64,000 nt of DNA from positions 49,228,001 through 49,292,000 of the forward strand of contig OX597822.1 in assembly GCA_951406725.2 (NCBI GenBank), read 5' to 3'. Shown here piece by piece: positions 14,420-26,438 of this stretch. The notes beneath the pieces are model-generated. The model was not told where the DNA came from and searched no databases. It worked only from the letters and a program-made list of their open reading frames with translations. This stretch comes from Octopus vulgaris (lineage: Eukaryota). Position 1 is the stretch's first letter. Each line of letters starts with the position of its first letter. Both the position numbers and the translations under genes were made by a program.

Positions 14420-14700
14420 TTACAGGTTTCAAGCTCGAGCTGCCATCGAAATTATATTGGTTCAACGGGAAATTCAATCAGAAAGAGATGTACGGTCCAG
14501 CGACAACAAATTTACTCCCCACAATATCGCCAAATATACTTCAGTCAACACATTGACGAATGTGCAGAACGATTACAACCACAATCCGAAATTTTCCCAT
14601 TTTATCAACTTGCCTTCTTGACCTCAACACAAGTAAGCCTGAATAAAGAAGCCTCATTTATCCAAAAATATAAATCAGAATTACATATGAAACGATATTA
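14420..14700 (+). mobile_element. PLE GIY-YIG endonuclease fragment
   Basis: SCHRNYIGSTGNSIRKRCTV..QQI...FSQHIDECA...IFPFY...LNKEASFIQKYKSEL matches the YIG-T..R..H and E..FI..Y.P.LN pattern. Confidence 0.75.
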
Positions 14701-14995
14701 AGAATAAAGGGCTTACCCTATCTAATGGAAGATGTAAACCAGAATAAAGCAGAGGACACACAAAAAAACAAAAAATAAAAAAAATTACTGTAAAATAAAT
14801 GAGTGAACAATTATCTTCTCTAGCAATATTTTTTCCCTAGCAGTTTATCTCTTTCGCCTCACAGTTTGATGAGCAATGCGAAACTGGTCCTTCAATTATG
14901 TTGAAAGAACAAAACCTTATTTTGTACAAAATTCTATGATATCTTTATTATCATGGCTCTAATATACTCTTGAATCCTGTAAAACAAATTTTCTA

Positions 14996-15099
<104 letters not shown>

Positions 15100-17247
15100 G
15101 AAAAAAAACAATTTCGAAAGAAGAAGCATAAGATGTAGAGCAGTATATATATATTAAAATGGGGAAGGTCGGCACATGAGATCACCTTTTAGGATTCCCG
15201 TCCATAACGGTTGTTGCTTTATGGCGTATCCTCAGATCTCAAAACATATTGGCTCATGAACTCTTTAAAATATGGAGGAGGGAAAAGCCTCACTACTCAA
15301 AGGTAACAATTGGGTATTATCACCCTTTGTTATTGGCTATTGACTTCCGGGTGTTTCGCCAGCTTGCGGGCTCTAAAAAGCTAGCCGGACCTCCTGAAAT
15401 GTAAACCTGGCTCGAGAATCTTCGTTCTGGAGTTAAGGATGTTCCCTGGTTCGAGTGAGTCTTTTAGGATTATCGCGTGTTCAGCTATTCATAACTTGCA
15501 ACGGTTCGTCCCATTGATGTAGGGGCCTAGGTTCTCGAAGATTCTCAATGAAATCAAGCATGGAATCCCATCGTCTCTTAGCTACCAGAAGTGGCTGGCC
15601 AGTGACATTACGTATCTCCTTTTCAGAACTCCGAAGGAGGACCTGTGGTTGGAGAGATTCAAAGCATCTACATGAGCGTGTGTTGTCGGTGCTATACCTG
15701 TTGTTGTTGCTGCTGTCGCTGTCATTGGAGCTGGGGCCGCTGGTGTTGACGTCGCTGGTGGTGGTGGCGTCGGTAATGGTATCGACACTGCTGGTAATGG
15801 TGAAGGCGCTGTTGTTGTTATTGAGGTCCTCGTCATTGGTGGGAGAGACGCCATTGTTGCTAGAAGTGTCATTGGCTGTGGTTCCGCTGGCGTTTCTGCT
15901 AAGGCCACTGTCGCTGCTGCTGCTGTTATTGCCGTTATAGCTGGCGATGGCACTGGGCCTGTTGCTGCTGCTATAGAGGTTGTCAGGTCTGCTACCGTGG
16001 ATGTTAGGGAAGCTGTTGGCAATGCTGGTGCTGCGGCAATGCTGGTGCTGCGGCAATGCTGCTGTTGTTAGTGTTGTTGTTACTGCTGTCGATGGCGTCG
16101 TGTGAACTACCAATGCTGTCGCTGGTGCTGTTATTTCTATTGTTGCTAATGTGGCGATGGTAGCGATGTTTCTGATTCTGTTCTCGTGTCTAAAGCTGCT
16201 ACTGCTCCTACCGGTGGTATTGCCAGGATCTGCTAGTATTTCGTCTTCATAGACATCCTTTTAGTTTCGCAGTGTCCTCCCACCGGGTATCTGATGCGGT
16301 CCCTGCATGAACATGCTGTGGTTTAAAGGCATTAACTAGGATGCTCTTAATAAGGAACTAGAAGCACAGCTAAACCAGAATCTAATGTTGTTAGTCTAGA
16401 CGAATTGAGAAAAATGTTCTCCATACACGAAGCAGGCTTTCTAACTCTTTTGTTATGAGTGATTTGAAAATTCATTTCGCTCTCTCTTTACCCAATGTTG
16501 CTGCCTCTGCAATGTGTACATGAAAAGAAGTATTCATGATTACTTATATTTATCTACTGGCAGTGTACCAATTGCGATTCTAGAACTGCATTTCCTCCAA
16601 GTCTTGTGTATCGTCGATGTGGAGTGTTTCTGGGCTGATAGCAAAAGGCTTGGAATTTTCTACCATAAAATTGCGCATGATTATGTCTAGCCCACTTGTA
16701 GAGAGTATCGAAACCCTGCTATACGTCTGAGCCATTACCAGGGTTCCTTTGTGTCATTGGCATACAATTATGAATATATGTATATGTATGTTTACACACA
16801 AACACGCACGCACAAACACACACACACACATATATATATGTATGTATATATTTTTTCGTTTTTCATTATTATTATGTATACGTATACCTCTGTATGGCTT
16901 TTTACGTTGTACTCTACTGTGCACACGTGGCCTTGCTTACATGGCATTTCGTATCGACCTGTTACTATTTTAAAAATATATATCCGTTAGATTCTTATGT
17001 TATAGTTTTACTGCACATATAGACTTGCATACACATTGATATGCCTTTCTTTGTATTTTTCTTTATCGTCTCTCTCACTAATATTATTATATTTGTTATG
17101 TTTACCCTTTCCCAACTTGGTTTGTAAATTATCCGATTTTCCCTGACTGCCCCATCTGTGTTCTCTTATTGTATCTTATTTTATTTTTATTCTATTTTAT
17201 TCAATTTCATCTTAATAAACTTTCTTGATGTTCTTCAGGGGATTCCT

Positions 17248-17346
17248 CATACTGATGAGAATGACAATGCATAATTTTAATTATAATTACTATGAATAAA
17301 AAATTTTTTCTTACGCATTTGCATTGTTTTTCGAAACGTACGTATG
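17248..17346 (+). ncRNA. Hammerhead ribozyme motif, core intact, weak stem I
   Basis: CUGAUGA-GAAUGACAAUGCA...UGCAUUGUUUUUC-GAAA-CGUACG-UA. Stem II is ~13 bp around a long AT-rich loop; stem III is the palindrome ACGUACGU. Confidence 0.7.
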
Positions 17347-17651
17347 CACTGAATCCAGTTTTGTAATAAATCTATTTCTGATTCAACATTTTTTCTTCAT
17401 TTTTTAAAAATACTTGTTTATGGTATATTTTTATGCCTATAACGAAATTCCTCAAATATTATTTTCATATTCTTATTACTTGCTTTGGCTGTTTTTTTTT
17501 ATGAATATGATGAATCTTTATTAGAAATAATTTTTTATCTCTTTTTGGATCCCCCAAAGAGTTTGAATTGTTCTTTTTGAACTTATTTTTCTCATATATA
17601 TATATATTCATAGATACATACACAATATATATTTTTAAATATATATATGTA

Positions 17652-18048
17652 CTAGCAGTATCGCCCGGCGTTGCTCGGGTTTGTAAGGGAAATAACTATA
17701 TAAGCATTTTTAGAGAGTTATAGCCAAAAAATAGCAAAAAATGCATTAAAAATGGAAAATAAATTATGGTAAATTTTTTAAAAACTTCGTTGACTCATCG
17801 TGGGCATTTTTAGAGAGTTACTTCCCTTATATAATAGCGAAAATATGCATTAAAATGGAAAAAAAATGATGGTAATTTTTTTTTTAATCGTAGACTCATC
17901 GTAGACGCGCGCTAATATCAGAAGGGCTCGATATGAATCACGACTATAAGATACCCGGTTTTGGTTAAACTGCACCGCAAAATGTGTGAGTAGTTAGGAA
18001 CCTAAATCGTAGGAGACACACACACAACCTCTCTTTTATATATAAAGA
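17652..18048 (-). mobile_element. Non-autonomous Helitron-like element
   Basis: Minus strand: A|TCTTTATATATAAAA ... CCCGAGCAACGCCGGGCGATACTGCTAG|T. It has a 5' TC, a subterminal hairpin, a 3' CTAG, and lies between A and T. Confidence 0.8.
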
Positions 18049-18720
18049 TATGTATATATATTTATATATACGCACATAGATACGCATATATATGTGCGCA
18101 TTCATATATATACATATACATCCTAACCCAGACGCATATACTATATTGTCCTTTATTTTCTATCTTCAGTTATCATAGGTAAGGTCATAGCCTGCTTTGT
18201 ACAAAATTCTGTTACTGGATCTTCATAAATTAATGCGATTCTATTTTCCGGTCTTTCCGTATTTCTTTACGTGTTTCTCAACGGTTTCATATCTTACAGA
18301 AACCTTAGTAGGTGAAAGATTTCAGCAGTTACAAAGAATAAATCAACAACAACAACGACGACAACAACAACTACAATAACAACCCCAAAACAAACAGAAC
18401 AAAACAGAAAAACTTTGGAGCTGTGAAGTCTCTTCTGTTTTGACAGTAATTTTGCTTCTTCTATAGAGTGCATTCACTTTACAATACTAAAAGATGATTT
18501 TCATTTGGCGACTGGAATCTTATTCGAATTATATTTCACTTTTCTCCCGCCAATCTTCTCTTACTTTTTAATTTGACATGTTTGATTATTTGAAAGTTTT
18601 AACTGAACAAATAATGAATTGACTTAACAGTTCATGGTTGTAAATTTGCGCGAGTTTGAGTTGAAGAGCCATGAACAAAGGCATCCCAGCTATGACGATC
18701 ATATTTTTAGAAAAATTTAT

Positions 18721-19115
18721 AGGCGTAGGAGCGGCTGTGTGGTAAGAAGCTTGCTTACGAACCACATGGTTCCAGGTTCAGTCCCACTGCTTGGCATCTT
18801 GGGCAAGTGTCTTCTGTTATAGCCTCGGGCCGACCAAAATTTATGAGTGGATTTGGTAGATGGAAACTGAAGGAAGCCCGTCGTATATATGTATGTCTGT
18901 GTATATGTTTGTGTGTCTGTGTTTGGCTCCCCCAACATCGCTTGTCAACCGATGCTGGTGTGTTTACGTCCTCATAATTTAGCGGTTCAGCAAGAGAGAG
19001 TGGTAGAATAAGTACAAAAATAAGTCCTAGGGTCAATTTTCTCGACTAAAGGCGGTGCTCCAGCATGGCCACAGTCGAATGACTGAAACAAGTAAAACAG
19101 TAAGAGTAAAAGAGT
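18721..19115 (+). mobile_element. SINE family A, full length
   Basis: AGGCGTAGGAGCGGCTGTGTGG head through the GACTGAAACAAGTAAAA tail. Confidence 0.9.
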
Positions 19116-19845
19116 GTGTAAAGCAGTCTTCCTTATTAGATAGTTTCGTAGAATTTGAAAGAGATTTAGAAGATATATCGCAGACTGCGCGGTCATGTAG
19201 AATCTCATTCGTAGCTCTCTTGACTTCTTTTTGTCTGTGGACAAGAATATTTGATCGAAAAACTTTAGAAGACGTTAGGCATCTTTTGCGATGTTACCTG
19301 CTCTGAGGTCCTATCCAGGAAGGCATTTTTTCTGATTCAGTTAATAAATTAGCTTAATCTATTGGTTGTTGCTTAATCATATCTTCAGTCATGACCAAAA
19401 AATATATGGCCAAAATCTTTCAACTCTTAAGATTTGTTTTTATATAAATATAAACAGACTAACATTTTTATTAGCATCGAAAGGTGTATTGTACGATAAA
19501 AATAACATCATTTTTTCGAACGCAGAATTGTCATTATAATACAGAAATACTGGGTAAATTACCTTTACAAGGTGTAAAAAATTGTCAACAAACAGTCATG
19601 GGACTCGAACCCAAGACTCCGGCTGACAAATTCACCTGAAAATTTAGACGCTAAATAGCTAAATGAGCAACTACGTATAAATAAATATAAAGAGCCTCAC
19701 ATCTTAATTTGTGTCGTATTTGTTTTTTATTTTCAGAGAAAATGAATGCATCTAGGATGATATTATTCACATTTTTTGTTTTAAATAAGTTTTTTTAGGA
19801 TCTCTTTTGCTTCTTGGTATGTTTTAGTAAGATTATCAAACTTAC

Positions 19846-19991
19846 CTTTTACAACTCTCGGACGTCCAGCTATTGTTCGTCCAGAAAGAAAAGCTGCGAA
19901 TATCAAAACTATGATAACCAGCCTTTTTATTAAATCTGCGTCTGATATCTTTATTCTTTGAGCTGAACGGACTCGAAACACAACAGATATC
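19846..19991 (-). CDS. GPR158/CG31760-like GPCR, internal exon (ICL2-TM4)
   Basis: Acceptor TATTTACAG, donor AAAG|GTAAGT, 146 nt, phase 2/1. The first G completes the split Arg codon CG|G. Encodes ISVVFRVRSAQRIKISDADLIKRLVIIVLIFAAFLSGRTIAGRPRVVK. Confidence 0.92.
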
Positions 19992-20559
19992 CTGTAAATA
20001 TACAAATATGTATCATTGAGTTAATGATTGTAATAAAGAAGAGGGGAGGGGCTTCAGCTGGAAAACATCAAGAACAAACAGACCAAAATGCATCTTAAAA
20101 AGCAACTAGAAATCTATAAATAATCATTTCTATTATAGGTATATTACCTGAAATTTTGTGGGGAGAGAGTAGTCTTTTACATTAATCCCAATGTCCAACT
20201 GGTACTTTATTTTATGGAACACGAAAGGGTCAAAGTCAAAGACAACCTCAGCCAAATTTAAGCTTAGAACGTAAAGGTGGACGACATGCCGCTATAAGAA
20301 TTTTGTCCGGCTTGCTAACGATTCTGCTAGCTCGTTGCTTTTAAAGGCATCTGTAAATAATACTTTTCTACTAAAAGCACAAAGCCTGAAATTTTGGAGG
20401 AGAGGACTAGTCGAGTACATCGACCCTAGTGTTTCACTGGTACTTAATTTATCGATACCAAACGGATGAAAGGCAAAGTTGTCCTCGGCGGAATTTGAAC
20501 TCAGAACGTAAAGAGTAAGTATTGCGCCTCTGTTAACTCTATCCTCCTAAATAAGACAC

Positions 20560-21160
20560 TCATCTTTGCTACGAATAACTCAGAAGTAAGTAGAGAAGAG
20601 ATAGATATTGTTTTAGTGGCTAGAAAATAAATTATCAAATTAGAGGATAAGTACAGGGTTAGAAGGGATAGACTGGAGATGTTCGATATTACTATGGGAT
20701 CAACAGACTCCGCACAAGTTATGGATATAGTAGGAATCTAAACTATTTAGCCTAAACAGGAATTCTCCGAAATAAGAGACGGTCTATACAGGGATAATAC
20801 ACTTTTCGCCCTGGCTAACCCCCCCTCAAACCTAGAGATAGATAGGTATAGGAAAACTTAAAAACTATTTGTAAGAACCTATGACTATCCATATCCCTAT
20901 AGGACAAATATAATTTAGTCAACTTTCTTGATGTTACTTTAGATCTTAGTGCAGGGATATATACGCCTTATCACAAGCCAAATACGAAACTTAGAAACAT
21001 AAATATAAATAGTAATCACTCTAGATGTATAACCCAGTCAATAGTAGAGAATATATCAGTTCGTACTTCTAACCTGTCGCCGAACGAATAAGTTTTCAAA
21101 CTAAACGAGGACATTTTATAATTTAGCACTAGAAAAGTCGGGGTATAGGGAAAATAGCAA
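20560..21160 (+). mobile_element. Penelope-like element reverse transcriptase fragment
   Basis: Broken frames give MGSTDSAQVMDIVGI, GLYRDN (consensus GLYRDD) and VNFLDVTLDLSAGIYTPYHKPN...NINSNH. Confidence 0.8.
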
Positions 21161-22759
21161 CGGTAGAATAAATAAATATAAGAAGGACAATCCTAACAAT
21201 AATTGCAGTATACTAGATAACTGAACCCTCCCCACTAATAACCAGGTAGGGGCCAAGGGGAGAGCTAAAGGTAGGAATCTTGAACACTTGGACAATAACT
21301 GTTGAATACCAACCAATAAGAAAGCTGGTAGGGATTTTAAAGAATCTGTGCACATTTAGAAACTTAGGTAGTAATCGAAGTATTAGTAGGCCGCACTCAT
21401 ATAAAGGAGTTAACCACTATGTGAACCAGTTAACTAGAACCGCACAAATAACCAGCGATTGTAATAGAAAAAGAACAAAATATAAAATCAGAGAAATAGG
21501 TTAAATACTTTTATTATGAACTTTACTAAAACTGCAGGCAGCTATTGGTATTTAGTAAATGCTGACAATTAGCCAACATTTATCACCACCGCACTGGAGT
21601 AATAGATATCACGTTGTACTTTACATTTCATAATTTATAATTTTGTACATTGTACCTTGTATTACGTTACAGGTTGTTGAATTTACTTAACATAGTTGGA
21701 ATGCATACTAATAATTCCCATATAAGATTTTGGTAAACTTGCATATTCTTATCAACGACGAAAAACAAGTATACCAGGATATAAGATTAATGTGTTCCTA
21801 TATCCTCCGTTACTGTCCATTACATACAGGCGCATACTTACACATATAAACCCACTATGCGACTCCCAAACTTTTCAGACAACTTCTAGAAACGGAGTCA
21901 CCCGTCGAATAATCCATTGATACTCAGCTAGTAGAATTACAAACGAAAATACCAATATTCAATACATACAAAGTGGGAGTATCCTGAAGCTCTCATTCAA
22001 GGATAGTCTAAAGTAGGATAGGATTGTAAGTATTATGGTAGTTATAATAGACGGATAAAAATATAAAAGATCAGAAGACATTTCCATTCAATAGACATTT
22101 GGCGTAAAAATCACACTCACTCCGTTTAAACATACTCCAGTGTTGCTATTAACCATGTCCCTCAAAACAGTTATTTTACTATCTTTATTGACGAAGGCCT
22201 GGCTGTGTGATAAGAAGTTTGCTTCCCAACCACATCCTTGCTAAATTTAGTTCAGTCTTAGCCAGGTTAATTAGTCTGCACTTTGGTCTATTATAAAGTT
22301 CTTTTTATGATCCTTGGGTGAAATGAATACTTCCCTCTTGGCCAGACATTCAGTTCTTTCATCTATATTAAATTATTTGCAAGGGTTTTTGCCCCCATGT
22401 TAATAAAGTTGTATTTATATCAGATTTCTTATATTTATCCGTAATGCTATTAATAATTACTTTTTCTTACCCACTCCTAATGTTAAGACATACATCAATA
22501 AACCACCGAAGACACAAGCCTACCCCGGATGCACATGTAGAGACAAATCTAAATGCCCTCTGAGCAGGAAATGCGATATATACTTGTTGTTTATGAAGCA
22601 CAAGTCTCAGCAAACTATGATAATAGTAGAACAAATAAAACGCTACATACACTCACTTATTCAAAGAAGCCAGCAATTTGTGCGTTATATGATATAAATT
22701 TAAAGCTCGATATATACACTTCTAATCATATAACAAACATTCATAAGCCTCACTAACCA

Positions 22760-23410
22760 TTCAATCACTGTCAATTGTATCTTTAGGCATTCCACTGTGC
22801 ACACATCTATACCTGGCACATTCCGGTTTACCGTCTTCCGCAAGGATTCCTTCTCCTCCTCCCTCCCGTCCTGTTGCACCGTAGTTCCATTCCCCAACAA
22901 CAGGCATTCTCCTCTCGTCTCCTACAGCCACTATACTTGCCTCCCTAACATCCTCCACATTTAACAGCTCACTAAAATACTCTTCCCACCTTTGTACATC
23001 CTCACTTCCTTTCAACAAATTTCCATTTACATCCTTCACCCTTTCTTCCTTTCCTCCAACCACCTTTCTTACCCACTGTACCTCTTTCCCAAACTTCTTT
23101 TTATTTCTTACAAAATGTTACCTCAACTTTTTCCCCGAAACTTTCACTCGTCTCCCATTTCGCCACCTTCACTGCTCTCTTTACTCTTTTCTTCACTTCT
23201 CTGTAGCGATCATAAGCCTCCCCATACCTTTTCTGCTACCACTCTTCAAAGGCTCTTTTCGTCTCTGTTACCGCATCCCTTACCTACTCATCTCATACCT
23301 TCCATTTCTTAACCTGTTCATATTCACCTCTCAGTTTCTCTACGTGTTCCTGCTACTTCTCTCTCCTATCTTGTTCACTCACATTTATAATCCCTCTCCT
23401 CCCTGTCACT
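22760..23410 (-). mobile_element. RTE-clade LINE fragment (EN-RT linker)
   Basis: VKDVNGNLLKGSEDVQRWEEYFSELLNVED, then a frameshift to NVPGIDVCTVECLK (consensus KAPG.D....E.LK). Confidence 0.8.
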
Positions 23411-23433
23411 CGTCTAGCATTCCATTTTGAGCA

Positions 23434-23657
<224 letters not shown>

Positions 23658-23824
23658 GGGTACAAGACGTCAACAACAATAAACGACATGAAATAGGAAA
23701 AGAAATGAGTTAAATACGCCAACAACGAGATGTATTTGCACCGCGTGGACTGGTTTTGGCGCAAAACCAACCAGAACGCTAATGGACTTTTAACGTGGTG
23801 GATTTAGAAGTTTTTCATTGGTAA

Positions 23825-23882
23825 CTCATACTCAAGAAAGTTGAGGCCCATTGGGCCAGCACCCGAAACCATGGTATATGAG
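23825..23882 (+). ncRNA. Degenerate hammerhead ribozyme motif
   Basis: CUCAUA-CUCAAGA-...GGCCC-AUU-GGGCC...-GAAA-CCAUGG-UA-UAUGAG. 6-bp stem I, palindromic stem III, core G5 mutated. Confidence 0.65.
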
Positions 23883-24049
23883 CATCTGAATTACATAATC
23901 TTTAACTGTATGCTTTTTAATTTCTTAATTCATATCCGTTTCCTCGTTTACGGTTATTTTCTGTTATTTTGGTGCTCTTCGGCGGTTTAATTGGAACCTT
24001 ATGCTTCGCGCATCTCTATGCTTGATGCTAATTTGTAATTATACACACA

Positions 24050-24100
<51 letters not shown>

Positions 24101-24161
24101 GTATATATATAAATAAATAAATAAATAAATGGAGTTGAACGAAGATGTTAAAATTCTTTTA

Positions 24162-24243
24162 CTTTCGACATATGTTTCGAAGACAATATGGTTTTATTCC
24201 AAAGGAATAAACGGTGTAAAATGCAATCTTCTCATCAGGAAAG
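24162..24243 (-). ncRNA. Minimal type I hammerhead ribozyme (intact core), inverted copy, sense to the GPCR pre-mRNA
   Basis: Reverse complement reads CUUUC-CUGAUGA-GAAGAUUGCA...AUUGUCUUC-GAAA-CAUAUG-UC-GAAAG, with a 5-bp stem I. Predicted cleavage between 24167 and 24166. Confidence 0.85.
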
Positions 24244-24766
24244 AAAGAGAGCCTCTCTCAACAACATGACATTATAACAATTACGATGACTGCCTAAATG
24301 ATAAACAGAACGTTATTAAGTATTTAAAAAAAATCATTAGTAGATTTGACGTCAAAGGCAGATAGTAGGAAGAGAAGGGTTAAAGAAATAATAAGTAGAG
24401 AACAAATATAGAGGGATACGTTGATTGAAAAAATGTTCAAAGGCTTAGAAATAGACTTCTCTTTTGAAGTAAAATGCAAGTTAAACTAACTGTTCAAACT
24501 TTGATGACTGGCGAAATCAGTCTTTATAGTTTGCACTTTACTTCAATAGAGAAATCTATTTCTAAGCCTTTGAACATTTTTTCAATCAACGTATTCCTCT
24601 CTTTTTGTTCTCTACTTATTATTTCTTTAACCCTTCTCTTCCTACTATCTGCCTTTGACGTCAAATCTACTAACGGTTTTTTAAAATACTTAATAACGTT
24701 CTGTTTATCACTTAGGCAGTCATCGTAATTGTTATAATCTCTTGTTGTTGAGAGAAGCTCTCTTTC

Positions 24767-24846
24767 TTTCCTGATGAGAAGATTGCATCTTACACCGTTT
24801 ATTCCTTTGGAATAAAACCATGTTGTCTTCGAAACATATGTCGAAA
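24767..24846 (+). ncRNA. Minimal type I hammerhead ribozyme (intact core), PLE-type
   Basis: UUUC-CUGAUGA-GAAGA...UCUUC-GAAA-CAUAUG-UC-GAAA. Stem I UUUC/GAAA, long stem II ending in a TTTATTCC-TTT-GGAATAAA hairpin, palindromic stem III ACAUAUGU, predicted cleavage after GUC at 24842. Confidence 0.85.
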
Positions 24847-25033
24847 ATAATAACATTTTAATAACATAACTCCATTTATTTATTTATAATACACAAATTA
24901 CTGCATATTGGCCCGGAGTTTCTACCTTTGGGTAGGTCGCTTCAACCGTGTTTCTGACGTGAATTTTGCTACCCTGGTAACGGTTTATTGAATTTTCCAT
25001 GTTAACGGTAAACTTAGGATAATTCATTCATCC

Positions 25034-25093
<60 letters not shown>

Positions 25094-25189
25094 TAATATC
25101 AGGGTAATAAAGATTTTAGAAATTTTTACCACCAGTTGCCGAGCGTGTAGAAAAATTAGTCAATAGACTATCTATTATTCATATAAATA

Positions 25190-25423
25190 CAGTGTACATT
25201 TAAACGCATAAGACTTATCCGTCATAGGATTTCTGGCACGCTGGAAGGAACCGCAAAAGTTCAAACCACTATTAGTGATAAAACTTCGATGGGCATGAAA
25301 AATGTTTTTATGTTTCATTCCCTTCGAAGTTTTATCCCTAATAGTGCTTTGGACGTTTGCTGTTCCTTCTAGCGTGTCAGGAATCCTATGACGGATACTT
25401 CTTATGTGTTTAAATGTACACTG
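25190..25423. repeat. Fold-back element (~110-bp arms)
   Basis: CAGTGTACATTTAAACGCATAAGA...TCTTATGTGTTTAAATGTACACTG, with complementary arms throughout. The terminus is shared with 12418-12770. Confidence 0.85.
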
Positions 25424-25424
25424 G

Positions 25425-25474
<50 letters not shown>

Positions 25475-25796
25475 GGAGTGAGGCATATATATGTGCATAT
25501 CTAAATAGGCTGCTTGCAGAGAACTTTTAGTTATGTGTTTCTATACGTCAGTACCACGCATGAACAATATAGTTTTTATTGATAATTCGCCGTTCACGCT
25601 GTAGTGCAAAAACATTCCTGTATGGAGAGGGACTGATAGTTATTTCAAGAAAATATAAAAAAGAAATAATTTGGTTGAAGTGTAACATGTTGTATAATAT
25701 TTGTGAATATATATTCTCAAACTAAAGATGATGCATTAAACAGTATTAATGGATATAAGTAGAAAGTATAAAAGAAAAGAGAAGATAGCAACTGAC

Positions 25797-25906
25797 CGCC
25801 ATGTTTTTAACAGGAGAGCTCCGTATGATATCGAAAATCCTATTTCTCGCAACCAGAAACGCAGACAACAAGTGATTACCGACGCTTCAAAGTAGCCCAC
25901 AATTTG
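25797..25906 (-). CDS. GPR158/CG31760-like GPCR, internal exon (ECL1-TM3)
   Basis: Acceptor TTTTATTTTCAAAG, donor CG|GTCAGT, 110 nt, phase 0/2. Encodes QIVGYFEASVITCCLRFWLREIGFSISYGALLLKTW(R), with the class C TM3 motif WLRExGF..YGAL.LKTWR. Confidence 0.92.
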
Positions 25907-26395
25907 CTTTGAAAATAAAAAGAAGAAAGAAAAAGAATAAGATAATGGCATTTAATAGACTTTCCACTGAGAAGAAAGCACTGTATTGTGTAGTAAAGCA
26001 ATGATTTAAGAGTTTGATATTTTATAAGACCAATTACACGATTGATGAGCTAACAGGATTATACAAAACTTTTTAACGATTTATAAATAATGCGTGGATG
26101 TTTCGACCGGCCATTGCATGGATTAGAAGTATTCAAAGCTTATCCCTTTTTGCCACACTTCCTTTGTATTCACCTGTCTCGTTTTCGTTTTCGCTTATAT
26201 ATATATATATATATAGATATATATATATATGGGTGTGTGTGATTGTGTATAGAAGAATATATTAATAAAAAGAATTCCAACCTTGTCTGATTTTCACGTT
26301 TTATTTACAATCTTATAATGATATATTATAAGATAATATATTATAATTGAATAAAATAAAATGAAATAGTAGAATGTTAAATATTCATTCTGATT

Positions 26396-26438
26396 GAACT
26401 AGTACTTTCATGCATTGAATTCTGCAATCTTCGGGTTC
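26396..26438 (-). ncRNA. Hammerhead ribozyme motif, near-intact
   Basis: GAAC-CCGAAGA-UUGCA-GAAUUCAA-UGCAU-GAAA-GUAC-UA-GUUC. Perfect stem I, palindromic stem III AGUACU, one core change (CUGA to CCGA). Confidence 0.7.

Larger units (their letters stand above)
24110..24887. repeat. Long inverted repeat (fold-back) of probable Penelope-like terminal repeats
   Basis: Arms ~24110-24485 and ~24522-24887 are reverse complements with scattered mismatches and a ~36-nt spacer. Each arm carries a hammerhead near its outer end. Confidence 0.9.

Noticed and set aside
14425-14632. Apparent plus-strand exon (TTTTACAG ... GTAAGC)
   Set aside because: It encodes a PLE GIY-YIG fragment that continues past the donor, and no partner exons were found.
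24524-24856. 110-aa ORF in the fold-back arm
   Set aside because: No recognisable motif, and the mirror arm does not preserve the frame.
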